From contig JBMFOP010000015.1 of assembly GCA_049969675.1 (NCBI GenBank), positions 1-40,910 on the forward strand: a DNA stretch of 40,910 nucleotides. The letters are read 5' to 3'. Under the pieces are notes generated by a model. The model was not told where the DNA came from, ran no database searches, and saw only the letters and a list, made by a program, of their open reading frames with translations. The number at the start of each line of letters is the position of its first letter. Position 1 is the first letter of the stretch. This DNA comes from Myxococcota bacterium. GTDB taxonomy: Bacteria > Myxococcota > SpSt-1050. Of the stretch, positions 9,025-18,471 are shown in pieces. The translations under genes were made by a program, and so were the position numbers.

Positions 9025-9025
9025 T

Positions 9026-11632
9026 CTATTTTTTCTTCAGTCTCTCTTTTATCTTAAAGAGAAAGTTAAGTGCATCTATGGGGGTAATCTGGTTAATTTC
9101 AAGCCCTTCTATCTCATCAAGGATTTCATTCTCTACATTAGAATGAAACAGGCTAAGCTGTGCTGACTCCACCCTCTTTTCAGAGCGGGAGAGTCTTGGT
9201 CTTCCAATATCATCAAACTCTGTCTCCATAAGGTTTTTCAATATCTCCTGTGCCCGCTTTATCACTCCCTCCGGTATGCCGGCGAGTTTTGCCACCTGAA
9301 TCCCGTAAGAAAGGCTCGTTCCACCGGGCACAAGTTTATATAAGAATATTATCTCATTATTAAATTCCTTTACTGAGACACTGAAATTTTTGATTCGAGG
9401 TTTTGTCAGGCTCAAATCTGTCAATTCGTGGTAGTGGGTGGCAAAGATAGTGCGCGCACCGATCCTGTCGTGGATATCCTCAGCAATAGCCCAGGCAATT
9501 GAGATACCATCAAATGTAGATGTCCCTCTGCCCACCTCATCAAGTAGAATCAGAGACCTTTCTGTCGCCTTCTTTAAAATTGTCCCAACCTCAACCATCT
9601 CAACCATAAATGTAGAAAGTCCCCGCGACAGAAAGTCGCTCGCCCCAACCCGGGTAAATATCCTATCCACTATCCCGATTCGAGCACTTGTTGCAGGTAC
9701 AAAGCACCCTGCCTGTGCAAGTATAACAATCTGAGCGGTCATTCTCATAAGAGTTGATTTGCCAGCCATATTCGGACCGGTCACAATCATTATCTGGGTA
9801 TCTTCTGTACTCAGATGAAGGTCATTTGGAACATATCTGTTGTATCCAATCAGTTTGGAAAGTACTGGATGTCTCGCACCATACAGGTCAATTATATTCT
9901 CCTCGGTGAGCTCTGGCTTTACAAAGTTCTCCTCAAGTGAGATTGTGGCAAAGGAGAGAAGGACATCCAGTTCTGCAATCCCCTCAGCTGTCTTCTCAAT
10001 CCTCGGTGTATTTAAAGAGATATCTGATAGGGTATTCATAAATATATCATATTCAAGTGCCTTCCTCCTCTCATCCGAACTCAATACCTTCTCCTCAAGA
10101 CTTTTCAACTCCTCAGTTATGAATCTCTCTGCGTTTACCATTGTCTGCTTTCTTATATAGTCCCTGGGCACCAGATGGAGATTTGGTTTTGTAACTTCAA
10201 TAAAATAACCAAATACCTTGTTATAACGTACTTTGAGTGATGTGATCTGGGTTCTTGCCCTCTCCCTCTCCTCTATTCCAGCTATTATAGATTTGAGGTC
10301 CTTTGAAATTCTTATCAATTCGTCCAGTTCATCGTTGTTCCCTGCCTTTATAATACCGCCTTCATTAATAGCAGAGGGAGGTTCATCCACAATCCTCTTC
10401 TCTATCAACTCATAGATATCTGAGAGGGTATCAATCTTCTGACCTATCTCTGTGATTAATTCTGATTTAAATTGGCTGATAATCTTCTTTATCTTCTCTA
10501 TGGGTTTAATACTATTCTTAAGTGAGATAAGGTCCTTTGGATTTGCGTGTCTGTAACATATCTTTGAAGCAACTCTCTCAATATCTGAGATACCACGAAT
10601 AAGTTCTGAGAGCTCCTTTAATCTGAGGGTATCACTTCTTAATTCCTCAACTGCATAATATCTTTTCTTTATCTCTTCTATTTTCAATAATGGATATTGT
10701 AGCCATCTCCTGAGCATCCTGGAACCCATCGCTGAATTTGTGCGATCCACTGCCCAGAAGAGAGAGCCAAATTTCTTCTTATCCAGTGTGTTTTCAAATA
10801 TCTCAAGATTTCTCTGGCAGGTCTCATCCAGATATAAGAACTGCTCTTCGTCCAGTCTCATTGGTTCCTTTATAAGTGCGATATCCCTCTTCTGAAGAGA
10901 CCTGACATAGTTAATTATTGCATAGACAGATTTGAGAATAAATGTGTCAGAAATATTAAAGTTTCCTATATGAGATTCATTCTCAAAATATGTCCTTTCA
11001 AGCACAGAATACCTAACCCTCTCCTTCTCCAATATCTTCACAACCTCCCCATTTTTGCTGCCTTCATACAAAAGTATCTCCCTCGGCTCCATCAACTTTA
11101 TTCTACTTATTAACTCCTCACCATCCTCTGTTGAAAAGATAAAGAGGTCACCTGTGGATGGGTCAAGGAAGGCGAGTGAGAAGCGATTCTTCTCCTCATA
11201 GATAGAACATATAAAGTTGAACCTGTCTGATTCAAGGGTATCGGTATCCAGCACCATCCCGGGCGTAACTATCCTTGTAACCTCCCTCTTTACAATTCCC
11301 TTTGCAAATCTGGGGTCTTCTACCTGATCACAGATAGCTATCTTATAACCCATATCCAGAAGTTTATTGATGTAAAATTTTGCTGAATGATGAGGCACCC
11401 CACACATAGGCACCTTATCCTCTCCTCTGGAACGTGATGTAAGTGCGAGATTTAATAACTTTGAGACATTTACAGCGTCTTCAAAGAACATCTCATAGAA
11501 GTCGCCGAGTCTGAAAAAGAGTATGCAATCGGGATATAGTGCCTTTGTCTGCAAATACTGTTGCATCATCGGGGTCAGGTTGGATTCATTAATCATATTT
11601 CTATCTTCAATCATAAATATCTCTAAATGCAA
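9026..11632 (-). CDS. mutS: DNA mismatch repair protein MutS
   Basis: TPMMQQY, GDFYEMF, Walker A TGPNMAGKST, STFMVEM, LDEVGRGTST, FATHYHEL, SYGIQVA and C-terminal QLSLF clamp motif. The true start may be a slightly downstream Met (MIEDR or MINES). Confidence 0.98.
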   Translation of the reverse strand: MHLEIFMIEDRNMINESNLTPMMQQYLQTKALYPDCILFFRLGDFYEMFFEDAVNVSKLLNLALTSRSRGEDKVPMCGVPHHSAKFYINKLLDMGYKIAICDQVEDPRFAKGIVKREVTRIVTPGMVLDTDTLESDRFNFICSIYEEKNRFSLAFLDPSTGDLFIFSTEDGEELISRIKLMEPREILLYEGSKNGEVVKILEKERVRYSVLERTYFENESHIGNFNISDTFILKSVYAIINYVRSLQKRDIALIKEPMRLDEEQFLYLDETCQRNLEIFENTLDKKKFGSLFWAVDRTNSAMGSRMLRRWLQYPLLKIEEIKKRYYAVEELRSDTLRLKELSELIRGISDIERVASKICYRHANPKDLISLKNSIKPIEKIKKIISQFKSELITEIGQKIDTLSDIYELIEKRIVDEPPSAINEGGIIKAGNNDELDELIRISKDLKSIIAGIEERERARTQITSLKVRYNKVFGYFIEVTKPNLHLVPRDYIRKQTMVNAERFITEELKSLEEKVLSSDERRKALEYDIFMNTLSDISLNTPRIEKTAEGIAELDVLLSFATISLEENFVKPELTEENIIDLYGARHPVLSKLIGYNRYVPNDLHLSTEDTQIMIVTGPNMAGKSTLMRMTAQIVILAQAGCFVPATSARIGIVDRIFTRVGASDFLSRGLSTFMVEMVEVGTILKKATERSLILLDEVGRGTSTFDGISIAWAIAEDIHDRIGARTIFATHYHELTDLSLTKPRIKNFSVSVKEFNNEIIFLYKLVPGGTSLSYGIQVAKLAGIPEGVIKRAQEILKNLMETEFDDIGRPRLSRSEKRVESAQLSLFHSNVENEILDEIEGLEINQITPIDALNFLFKIKERLKKK

Positions 11633-11973
11633 AATCAGGGCAGGATTATCACCAAATCCAATTTAGTTCAAATAAAAATTTTTGAGATTTATGGACATCC
11701 GAGATATGAGTTCCGACAATAAGCCTATTACCATACTTATTATTTACTCCTAAAATATCCCTGTTATAAGGGCTGGCAGGTCAATATTCTCTCATAATAC
11801 TTGAGAATTTGCTTTTCTACCTTACTGCGAAAGTTCATCCAGAGAGTTCAGGAAGTCGGTCAGATATGTCTTACATTGAACACTTAAAATAGAGGTTGTA
11901 GTATCATAATATTCCATTGAAGAGAGTGGTGAGTGGGCAGGTTCACTTTAACATACAATTTATTATATCTCCA

Positions 11974-12023
11974 ATTTTCAAGTTGATTTTCAAGTTGAAA
12001 AACTGATATATATTGTTTAAATT
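11974..12023 (+). promoter_or_regulatory. Tandem repeat/palindromic operator overlapping a sigma70-like promoter
   Basis: ATTTTCAAGTTG occurs twice (11974-11997), with palindrome TTTTCAA-G-TTGAAAA at 11987-12001. -35 TTGAAA 11995-12000, 17-nt spacer, -10 TAAATT 12018-12023. Confidence 0.5.
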
Positions 12024-12029
12024 TTCTCT

Positions 12030-13394
12030 ATGAAGATTTATCAATTTCTATTTCTTATGTTGACACTGCTGACTTTTTCCTGCGAATATATAGATGGGAA
12101 GAGTGATGAATTGACTAAAGTGGCCTATGCCACCTGCACACGTGATATGGATTGTGGAATTGGCAGGTATTGTTCGGAGGACGGAATCTGCTCTATTGAC
12201 TGCACATCAAACAAGGACTGTGTCTTCTATCTTAATGGGGAGGATGAAAAGAATTATTATTGCTCTTTGTGTGGCAGATGCCTCAAAAAGGGTGAACTTG
12301 ATAAGCGATGTATAGTTGCAAAGGATATTATCTGCGAAGATGATTCTCTCTGCCAAGGGAGTGCCGGAACTGATTATATATGCGGCAAAGATGGATTCTG
12401 CGTGAAGAAGTGTTTAAGAGACAGCGACTGCAAGAGACTCGGAAGGGGTTGGTTATGCAATGAGGAGAAGATATGTACAAGGAGATGTTTTTGCAATAAA
12501 GATTGCTACTTCTTTGGGTGGGGGTACCGGTGCAGGCTTCCAGATAATATTTTAGAATCTGAAAATTGTGAATCGGATAACCCGGTCTTCGGCGAGTGTA
12601 TTCCACGGGAGGGAGGGATTGATTGGGGTTCAGATGTAAATTATGAAAAGAACTCAATAAAATATTCGGGTATATGGGGATGGAACCTAAACTATGCAGT
12701 TCGCACAACCGGACTCCCACTCGTATCTCAACAGGACTCTGTATCTATAGCATATGGTCTGGCAAAGATTCTCCAGAACTCAAAGGGTGGCATTGATATA
12801 AACCTTAAATTGTGTTCCATCAGACTTAAAAACTTTAAGGAAGACGACTCTGAATTTGAAGACCTCGCATATATTATTGTACCGGATTCATATTCTGACA
12901 GTATCCCTATTTTGATAAATAGTGTGGATTATGTACCGGAGATGAAAAGTGGTGCAGAGTTTATCTCAAATATTGTTCTGGATGTAAGAGGGGCGAGGTT
13001 GCCAGACCCGTGGAACACTCCACTACCTGACTATGAAAATCTGGATTATGTCTTCGATCAGGACAGAGATGGACACCCGGGTATGACCGTATTTGTCTCT
13101 GGAGTATTAACAGGTGAGGTCTACAATGTACAGAGATGGTGGGTAAGATATAAAGTTATAGTTAAAGATATTGACAGAATGAGCGGGATGATTGACTTTA
13201 ATAGTGAAGAGTCAATTGTAGGGTCAAGTAATAAGATGTTTCTGACCAGGATAAAGGTAGTTCCACATCCTCAATCTGACAGGAGTTATTTCAGGGCAGT
13301 CCGATTAAAAGCAGATGCGGACTGTGAAACAGTTATCTCGCTTGGCAGGGACCCAAATTCATTCATATACTTCACCCCCCACTTCTCCGAATAA
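12030..13394 (+). CDS. Cys-rich lipoprotein of myxobacterial type with uncharacterised C-terminal beta domain
   Basis: Lipobox TFSC and about five C-x2-D/N-x-D-C repeats in the N-terminal half. The C-terminal domain carries a DxDxDG motif (DQDRDGHPG). Confidence 0.75.
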   Translation: MKIYQFLFLMLTLLTFSCEYIDGKSDELTKVAYATCTRDMDCGIGRYCSEDGICSIDCTSNKDCVFYLNGEDEKNYYCSLCGRCLKKGELDKRCIVAKDIICEDDSLCQGSAGTDYICGKDGFCVKKCLRDSDCKRLGRGWLCNEEKICTRRCFCNKDCYFFGWGYRCRLPDNILESENCESDNPVFGECIPREGGIDWGSDVNYEKNSIKYSGIWGWNLNYAVRTTGLPLVSQQDSVSIAYGLAKILQNSKGGIDINLKLCSIRLKNFKEDDSEFEDLAYIIVPDSYSDSIPILINSVDYVPEMKSGAEFISNIVLDVRGARLPDPWNTPLPDYENLDYVFDQDRDGHPGMTVFVSGVLTGEVYNVQRWWVRYKVIVKDIDRMSGMIDFNSEESIVGSSNKMFLTRIKVVPHPQSDRSYFRAVRLKADADCETVISLGRDPNSFIYFTPHFSE

Positions 13395-13407
13395 ATATTT
13401 CTTATTC

Positions 13408-13455
13408 TTTACAAAAGCCTTAATTTATATATAATCAATTGACTTCACCCAGGAG
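13408..13455 (+). promoter_or_regulatory. sigma70-type promoter and SD for the GH3 operon
   Basis: TTTACA 13408-13413, 16-nt spacer, TATAAT 13430-13435, AGGAG 13451-13455. Confidence 0.6.
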
Positions 13456-13460
13456 CCTTT

Positions 13461-15173
13461 ATGAAGGACTTGATAATCAACAATATCTTGAGGTATGGGG
13501 CGAGGGCGATATTTGTAAGGACTATTAAGAAGTTTGAAGATGACACAACCCATCTCAGAGAGGCACAGGAGAGGGCACTAAAGAAGATTATAGAAAAGAA
13601 TAAAGACACCCTATATGGGAGGGAATTTGGCTTTTCTAATATAAAGGGTATTGAAGATTTTCAGAAATTTGTGCCACTAAATGACTATACCACTCTTGAA
13701 CCATATATTGAAAAGATGATTATGGGAGAAGAGAATATACTTACCCCCGATGAGATAATATTCTTTGGCACAACAAGCGGCACAACTGCAAAACCAAAAT
13801 TCATTCCAATCACAGATGAACATTTTAAGTATGTAGGTAGATCTGTCTTACCATATTTTAGATTTATTACTGAAGAGTGTCCTCAGGCGATAAGAGGTGG
13901 AACTATCAAGATGACATCTCCAAAACTTGAAGGATTTACTGAAAAGGGAGTACCTTATGGCTCCCCATGGTATATTACAGAGGTTGCAAAGAATAGAAGA
14001 AATCCAATATTGAGAGATTTACTAATCGCATTGAATAAGAATTATTGGGAAGACGAGATATTCAATATCACTGATTTTAATACCAAATACTATATAATTA
14101 TGCGACTGGCGGTTGAGAGAAATATTACACATTTTTCAATGGCTAACCCTTCTACTGTCTTACTCTTTGCAAAGAAATTAAATGAGTTTGCAGAGGATAT
14201 AATTAGAGACCTTTACGACGGGAGTATCAAAAAAGGTCTGTTTCTTGATCCAGCACTACGAATGAAACTTATTAGAAAAATTAAAAGGAATGCCAGACGA
14301 GCAAAGGAGCTTGAGAGACTCCTTCAAGGTGATGGTATGCTTAAGCCCTCAAAGGTGTTTAAGAATCTATCACTCATCTCCTGCTGGAAAGGTGGCTCCG
14401 CTGGATTTTACATAAAGCAGTTCCCAAAATACTTTGAGAATACACCTACAATGGAGTATGGCATAGGTGCAACAGAGGGAATATTCGCAATCCCATATAG
14501 GCTTGAAGAGAGAGGTTGTATATTACAGCCCGGATATATATTCTTTGAATTTATTCCCGAAGAGGAGTATTTCTCCGAGAGAAAAAGGATTCTCACAGCA
14601 GACCAGCTGGAATTGGGTGGAAGGTATTCAATTGTTATTACAGGCTATAACGGCCTTTATCGTTATGATATGAAGGATATTGTGGAGGTGGTAGGCTTCT
14701 ATAATAAATCCCCTATAATTGCATTTTTGCACAAGGCAGGGAATGCAGTCTCATATACGGGTGAGAAGATATTTGAGACCCATATTACAGAGGCAATAAA
14801 CCAGACCATCTCCGAATCCTTTATTCACTTAAACGGATTCACATTTCTACCAGATGAGAGCGGAGAATTGCCCAGATATATTCTTATGATTGAACCTCAG
14901 GAACAGATTGGAGATGATATGGCAGAGGGCTTTTTAAGGGCCTTCGAAAAGAACCTCAGAAAGGTAAATATGGAGTATGAGACAAAAAGGGTCTCTATGA
15001 GACTTGGTGCCCCTCTGCTCGCGGTACTTAAAAATGGGGAGTATGAAAGATTTAGAGCCGCCCTTATTGCAAAGGGTGCCTCAGATGCAACCACCAAGCC
15101 ACCTGTCTTAAAGAAAGAACCGTCATTTATAGATAATTTCAATGTCATCCGAAAATATGAATATAAGGAGTAG
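13461..15173 (+). CDS. GH3 (auxin-responsive promoter) family acyl-adenylate-forming / acyl-acid amido synthetase
   Basis: 570 aa. N-terminal Q...L..I...NKDT.YG...GF..I....FQ..VPL.DY, motif I TTSGTTAKPKFIP, motif II YGIGATEG, FFEFIP, motif III GLYRYDMKD, and GEK. Confidence 0.9.
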   Translation: MKDLIINNILRYGARAIFVRTIKKFEDDTTHLREAQERALKKIIEKNKDTLYGREFGFSNIKGIEDFQKFVPLNDYTTLEPYIEKMIMGEENILTPDEIIFFGTTSGTTAKPKFIPITDEHFKYVGRSVLPYFRFITEECPQAIRGGTIKMTSPKLEGFTEKGVPYGSPWYITEVAKNRRNPILRDLLIALNKNYWEDEIFNITDFNTKYYIIMRLAVERNITHFSMANPSTVLLFAKKLNEFAEDIIRDLYDGSIKKGLFLDPALRMKLIRKIKRNARRAKELERLLQGDGMLKPSKVFKNLSLISCWKGGSAGFYIKQFPKYFENTPTMEYGIGATEGIFAIPYRLEERGCILQPGYIFFEFIPEEEYFSERKRILTADQLELGGRYSIVITGYNGLYRYDMKDIVEVVGFYNKSPIIAFLHKAGNAVSYTGEKIFETHITEAINQTISESFIHLNGFTFLPDESGELPRYILMIEPQEQIGDDMAEGFLRAFEKNLRKVNMEYETKRVSMRLGAPLLAVLKNGEYERFRAALIAKGASDATTKPPVLKKEPSFIDNFNVIRKYEYKE

Positions 15174-15176
15174 TCT

Positions 15177-15686
15177 ATGGTCTACAGGGCAACACATATC
15201 TTAAAGATAAAAGAGGAGGACTATTTCAAAGCGATGTTCAGTGATGAGTTTGACAGCTATCTATCCGAAAGACTGAATCTGGCAAGCAGAAAGACACTCT
15301 ATAATACTGAGACCGAGAATACAATAGAGAGGAAGGTCAGGAGTACATCAAAGGAATTATCTGAGCGGGCACAGAGTATATTAAGGCAGAAGACACTCAC
15401 TGTGGACGAAAAGATAAACGTTCGTAAAGATTCAAACGAATTCTTCTGGGAATTTATTCCAGATGTGTTTACCAGAATGGTCACTATAAAAGGTAAAGGT
15501 AAGATTTATAAAAATGATGATGAGAGTATTAAAAGGGAGATGGAATTAGAGATTCAGGTGCATATCCCGCTATTCGGGAGAAAGATTGAGGAGTTTATTG
15601 TCAGCAGACTTGATGCCTGGTATGAGAGGGTAAATAAATCACTTGAAGAGTTTTATCAGACGGTATATTTAAAAAAGGTCAACTGA
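15177..15686 (+). CDS. DUF2505-family (START/SRPBCC-like) putative lipid/ligand-binding protein
   Basis: 169 aa with helix-grip pattern and C-terminal ELEIQVHIPLFGRKIEEFI typical of DUF2505. It starts 3 nt after the GH3 stop. Confidence 0.75.
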   Translation: MVYRATHILKIKEEDYFKAMFSDEFDSYLSERLNLASRKTLYNTETENTIERKVRSTSKELSERAQSILRQKTLTVDEKINVRKDSNEFFWEFIPDVFTRMVTIKGKGKIYKNDDESIKREMELEIQVHIPLFGRKIEEFIVSRLDAWYERVNKSLEEFYQTVYLKKVN

Positions 15687-15697
15687 CGAGGTGTGAT

Positions 15698-16513
15698 ATG
15701 AAGAGGACGCCAGAGGAAATTATTGCAATGAGGAGGCTGGTTATTGATAGATTCCATCGCCTCAACTGTGCCCCAACGGTTACAATAAATATGGATGCCT
15801 TTATAGAGCCAGCCCTTGCATTCAAAGATAAACTCAATCGGGATGAGAGGGCAAAGAGATATAAGATCACGCTCAACCACATAATACTCAAAGCGACTGC
15901 CATGGCTTTGAGAGAACATATATTTTTCAATTACGATTATGATGGGAAATATAAGATCTATCCCAACGATAAGATTGATATAAGGACACCCGTTGATCTC
16001 GGAGAATTTCCGATGCACATAGTTATTCCTGATACCGATAAGAAGAATATCTTTGAAATTGCTGAGTGTTTCAATGAACGCCTTGAAGAGGTAAAGAAGA
16101 ACATTGATGTTCAGATGCAAAAATATATAGATTTTCAAATGAAGAAAAAGGGACTCTCTACTCTCATAAATATATGGACTGAGGTTGCAAGACGCGCGAG
16201 ACCGTTATTCCCCAGATGGGAGAAGAGATGGTTTGATATTCAGCATAAATATATAGGCTCATTTATGGTAACAAATATGGGGACACTCGGTGTAATTGAT
16301 TGCCACGGACAGCTGGTCAAACCATCTATCGCGGCACTTCTTGTCCTATCTTCAAAGGAGGTTGTAGAGATAATTGATGGCAGACCAACAAACAGAAAGT
16401 ATCTGGGACTTGCTCTGGAGTTTGACCACAGGGTAACAGACGCTGGAGAGCCGGGTAGGTTTCTCACAACCATCAAACGAAATCTTGAAGATCCGGAGAA
16501 GTATTGCGTATGA
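15698..16513 (+). CDS. Stand-alone 2-oxoacid dehydrogenase E2-like acyltransferase catalytic domain (paralog A)
   Basis: KITLNHIILKATAMAL, IVIPDTDKKNIFEIA, GSFMVTNMG and catalytic FDHRVTDAG. There is no lipoyl or E3-binding domain. Confidence 0.85.
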   Translation: MKRTPEEIIAMRRLVIDRFHRLNCAPTVTINMDAFIEPALAFKDKLNRDERAKRYKITLNHIILKATAMALREHIFFNYDYDGKYKIYPNDKIDIRTPVDLGEFPMHIVIPDTDKKNIFEIAECFNERLEEVKKNIDVQMQKYIDFQMKKKGLSTLINIWTEVARRARPLFPRWEKRWFDIQHKYIGSFMVTNMGTLGVIDCHGQLVKPSIAALLVLSSKEVVEIIDGRPTNRKYLGLALEFDHRVTDAGEPGRFLTTIKRNLEDPEKYCV

Positions 16514-17328
16514 ATATCTTTGACCCCGAAGAGTATATCGCAAGAAGATTACATATGATAAGGACATTCTCTGAAAAGAGGGTTGGCCCAACAGTGCTTG
16601 CTACAATAGAAGTAAATATGGATAACGCCCTTCTATATAGAGAAAAATTCAACAAAGAGTCAGATGTAAAGATCACAATCAACGATATGATTATAAAGGC
16701 AACGGGGAATGCACTTACAAAACACAGATTATATACCTGGTCATACAACGGCAGATACCGTCTCTATCCAGCTGATAAGATTGATATCAGGGCACCGGTT
16801 GATGTGGGAGATGATATAGGGTTACTGATTGTAAGAGATGTAGATAAAAAGGGTCTCCTTGAGGTTGCAGAGGAGACAAAGAGAAATCTTAAGCAGATCA
16901 AGGATTCAACACAGGCGAGGATTGATAAAATAGCAGAACTAAATAGACGATTCTGGTTTTTAAGACCATTTGTAAATGCCGGTAGAATGGCATTTGATAT
17001 CGCAACAATCTTCTCAAAGGATCTGGAGGAGTGGGTATATAAGAAACACAGAGAGGCACTCGGGACATTTTTGATATCAAATCTGGGTAAACTCGGTGTC
17101 AACGATTTTGCCTCCCCAATAGTTACACCTTCAATTGTGCAGATGAATGTGAGCTCCATAGAGAAGAAGGGAGTTATTATAAATGGTGAGCTCAAAGAGA
17201 TAAATATAGTTAAATTGATTGGAAAACTGGACCACAGAATTACCGATGTGGCACAGACAGTAAGATTCTTAAAAGAAGTCAAAAAGAATCTTGAGGAGCC
17301 AGAGACGGGCTTAAATAAAATTGAATAA
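16510..17328 (+). CDS. Stand-alone 2-oxoacid dehydrogenase E2-like acyltransferase catalytic domain (paralog B)
   Basis: ATG 16510 overlaps the upstream TGA (ATGA). KITINDMIIKATGNAL, IVRDVDKKGLLEVA, GTFLISNLG and LDHRITDVA are present, with no lipoyl domain. Confidence 0.85.
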   Translation: MNIFDPEEYIARRLHMIRTFSEKRVGPTVLATIEVNMDNALLYREKFNKESDVKITINDMIIKATGNALTKHRLYTWSYNGRYRLYPADKIDIRAPVDVGDDIGLLIVRDVDKKGLLEVAEETKRNLKQIKDSTQARIDKIAELNRRFWFLRPFVNAGRMAFDIATIFSKDLEEWVYKKHREALGTFLISNLGKLGVNDFASPIVTPSIVQMNVSSIEKKGVIINGELKEINIVKLIGKLDHRITDVAQTVRFLKEVKKNLEEPETGLNKIE

Positions 17329-17352
17329 TTTACTTATGTGAGGAGAAACTTT

Positions 17353-18462
17353 ATGAAGGATGTATGCTGGGTAAAATTGAATGTGCTTGAGAATTTTATG
17401 AGAGATGTATTTATAAAGCTGGGCGTCCCCAGAAGGGAGGCAGTGGTCTGCGCCAATGTGCTTATTACAGCAGATAGAATGGGATTTGACTCGCATGGCA
17501 TCTCCAGAATGAAGACCATATATTACGACAGGATAAAATCTGGTATCCAGAGACCAATTACAAAATTTGAGGTCATCAAAGAGACTCCAACTATCGCTGT
17601 AATTGATGGGAATCATGGAATGGGACATTACATAGCCTACCGTGCTATGGAGATGGCTATCAGGAAGGCAAAGAGATATGGCATTGCGATGACAGTGGTT
17701 AGAAATTCAACTCACTATGGTATAGCAGGCTACTACCCACTTATGGCTGTTAAAAATAAGATGATAGGTATCACAGGGACAAATGCAAGACCATCTGTCG
17801 CTCCCACATTCGGAATTGAGAATATGCTCGGGACCAATCCACTCACATTTGGAATCCCAACAGATGAGAAATTTCCATTTCTTTTAGACTGTGCAACATC
17901 TATTACTCAGAGAGGAAAAATAGAAGTATATGCAAAGTTGAATAAGCCGCTGCCAGAGGGCTGGGTGATTGATGAGAATGGGAGGTCAAAGACTGATCCT
18001 CACGAGGTCTTATCAGACCTCACAAAAGGGACGGCTGCCCTTGTACCACTCGGTGGCATAGGAGAGGATATGGCTGGTTATAAGGGATACGGATACGCCA
18101 CCGTTGTGGAGATCCTATCATCAGCCCTTCAGGATGGGGCATATATGAAGATGTTAACAGGTGTTAAAGACGGGAAAAAGACATTCTATCAACTCGGACA
18201 TTTCTTTATAGCAATCAATATTGAGGCATTCATAAGCTTTAAGAGATTTACAAAGATTGCCGGTAATATTTTAAGAGAATTAAGAAGTTCAAAGAAGATG
18301 CCAGGCGCAAAGAGGATATATACGGCAGGTGAAAAAGAGTATCTAACATCACTTGAGAGAAATAAAAAGGGCGCACCAATCAATCTTGAAACCCAAAAAG
18401 AGATGATAATAATGCGAGATGAGACAGGGCTAAAAAAGTATAAATTCCCTTTTGAGCGGTGA
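17353..18462 (+). CDS. Ldh_2 family (Mdh/ComC/AllD-like) NAD(P)-dependent 2-hydroxyacid oxidoreductase
   Basis: ADRMGFDSHG, IDGNHGMGH, VRNSTHYGIAGYY, GTNPL, GYKGYG and IYTAGE motifs. ATG 17353 follows AGGAG. Confidence 0.92.
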   Translation: MKDVCWVKLNVLENFMRDVFIKLGVPRREAVVCANVLITADRMGFDSHGISRMKTIYYDRIKSGIQRPITKFEVIKETPTIAVIDGNHGMGHYIAYRAMEMAIRKAKRYGIAMTVVRNSTHYGIAGYYPLMAVKNKMIGITGTNARPSVAPTFGIENMLGTNPLTFGIPTDEKFPFLLDCATSITQRGKIEVYAKLNKPLPEGWVIDENGRSKTDPHEVLSDLTKGTAALVPLGGIGEDMAGYKGYGYATVVEILSSALQDGAYMKMLTGVKDGKKTFYQLGHFFIAINIEAFISFKRFTKIAGNILRELRSSKKMPGAKRIYTAGEKEYLTSLERNKKGAPINLETQKEMIIMRDETGLKKYKFPFER

Positions 18463-18471
18463 TTTAGATAC

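Noticed and set aside
11640..11960. Pseudogene or small ORF in the mutS upstream region (e.g. minus-strand MNFRSKVEKQILKYYERILTCQPL)
   Set aside because: The frames are short, with no convincing SD and no recognisable family. This remains unresolved without a homology search.
15698..17328. Pyruvate/2-oxoglutarate dehydrogenase operon, or one frameshifted E2 gene
   Set aside because: E1, E3 and lipoyl domains are absent, and each ORF is a complete catalytic domain with its own DHR motif.
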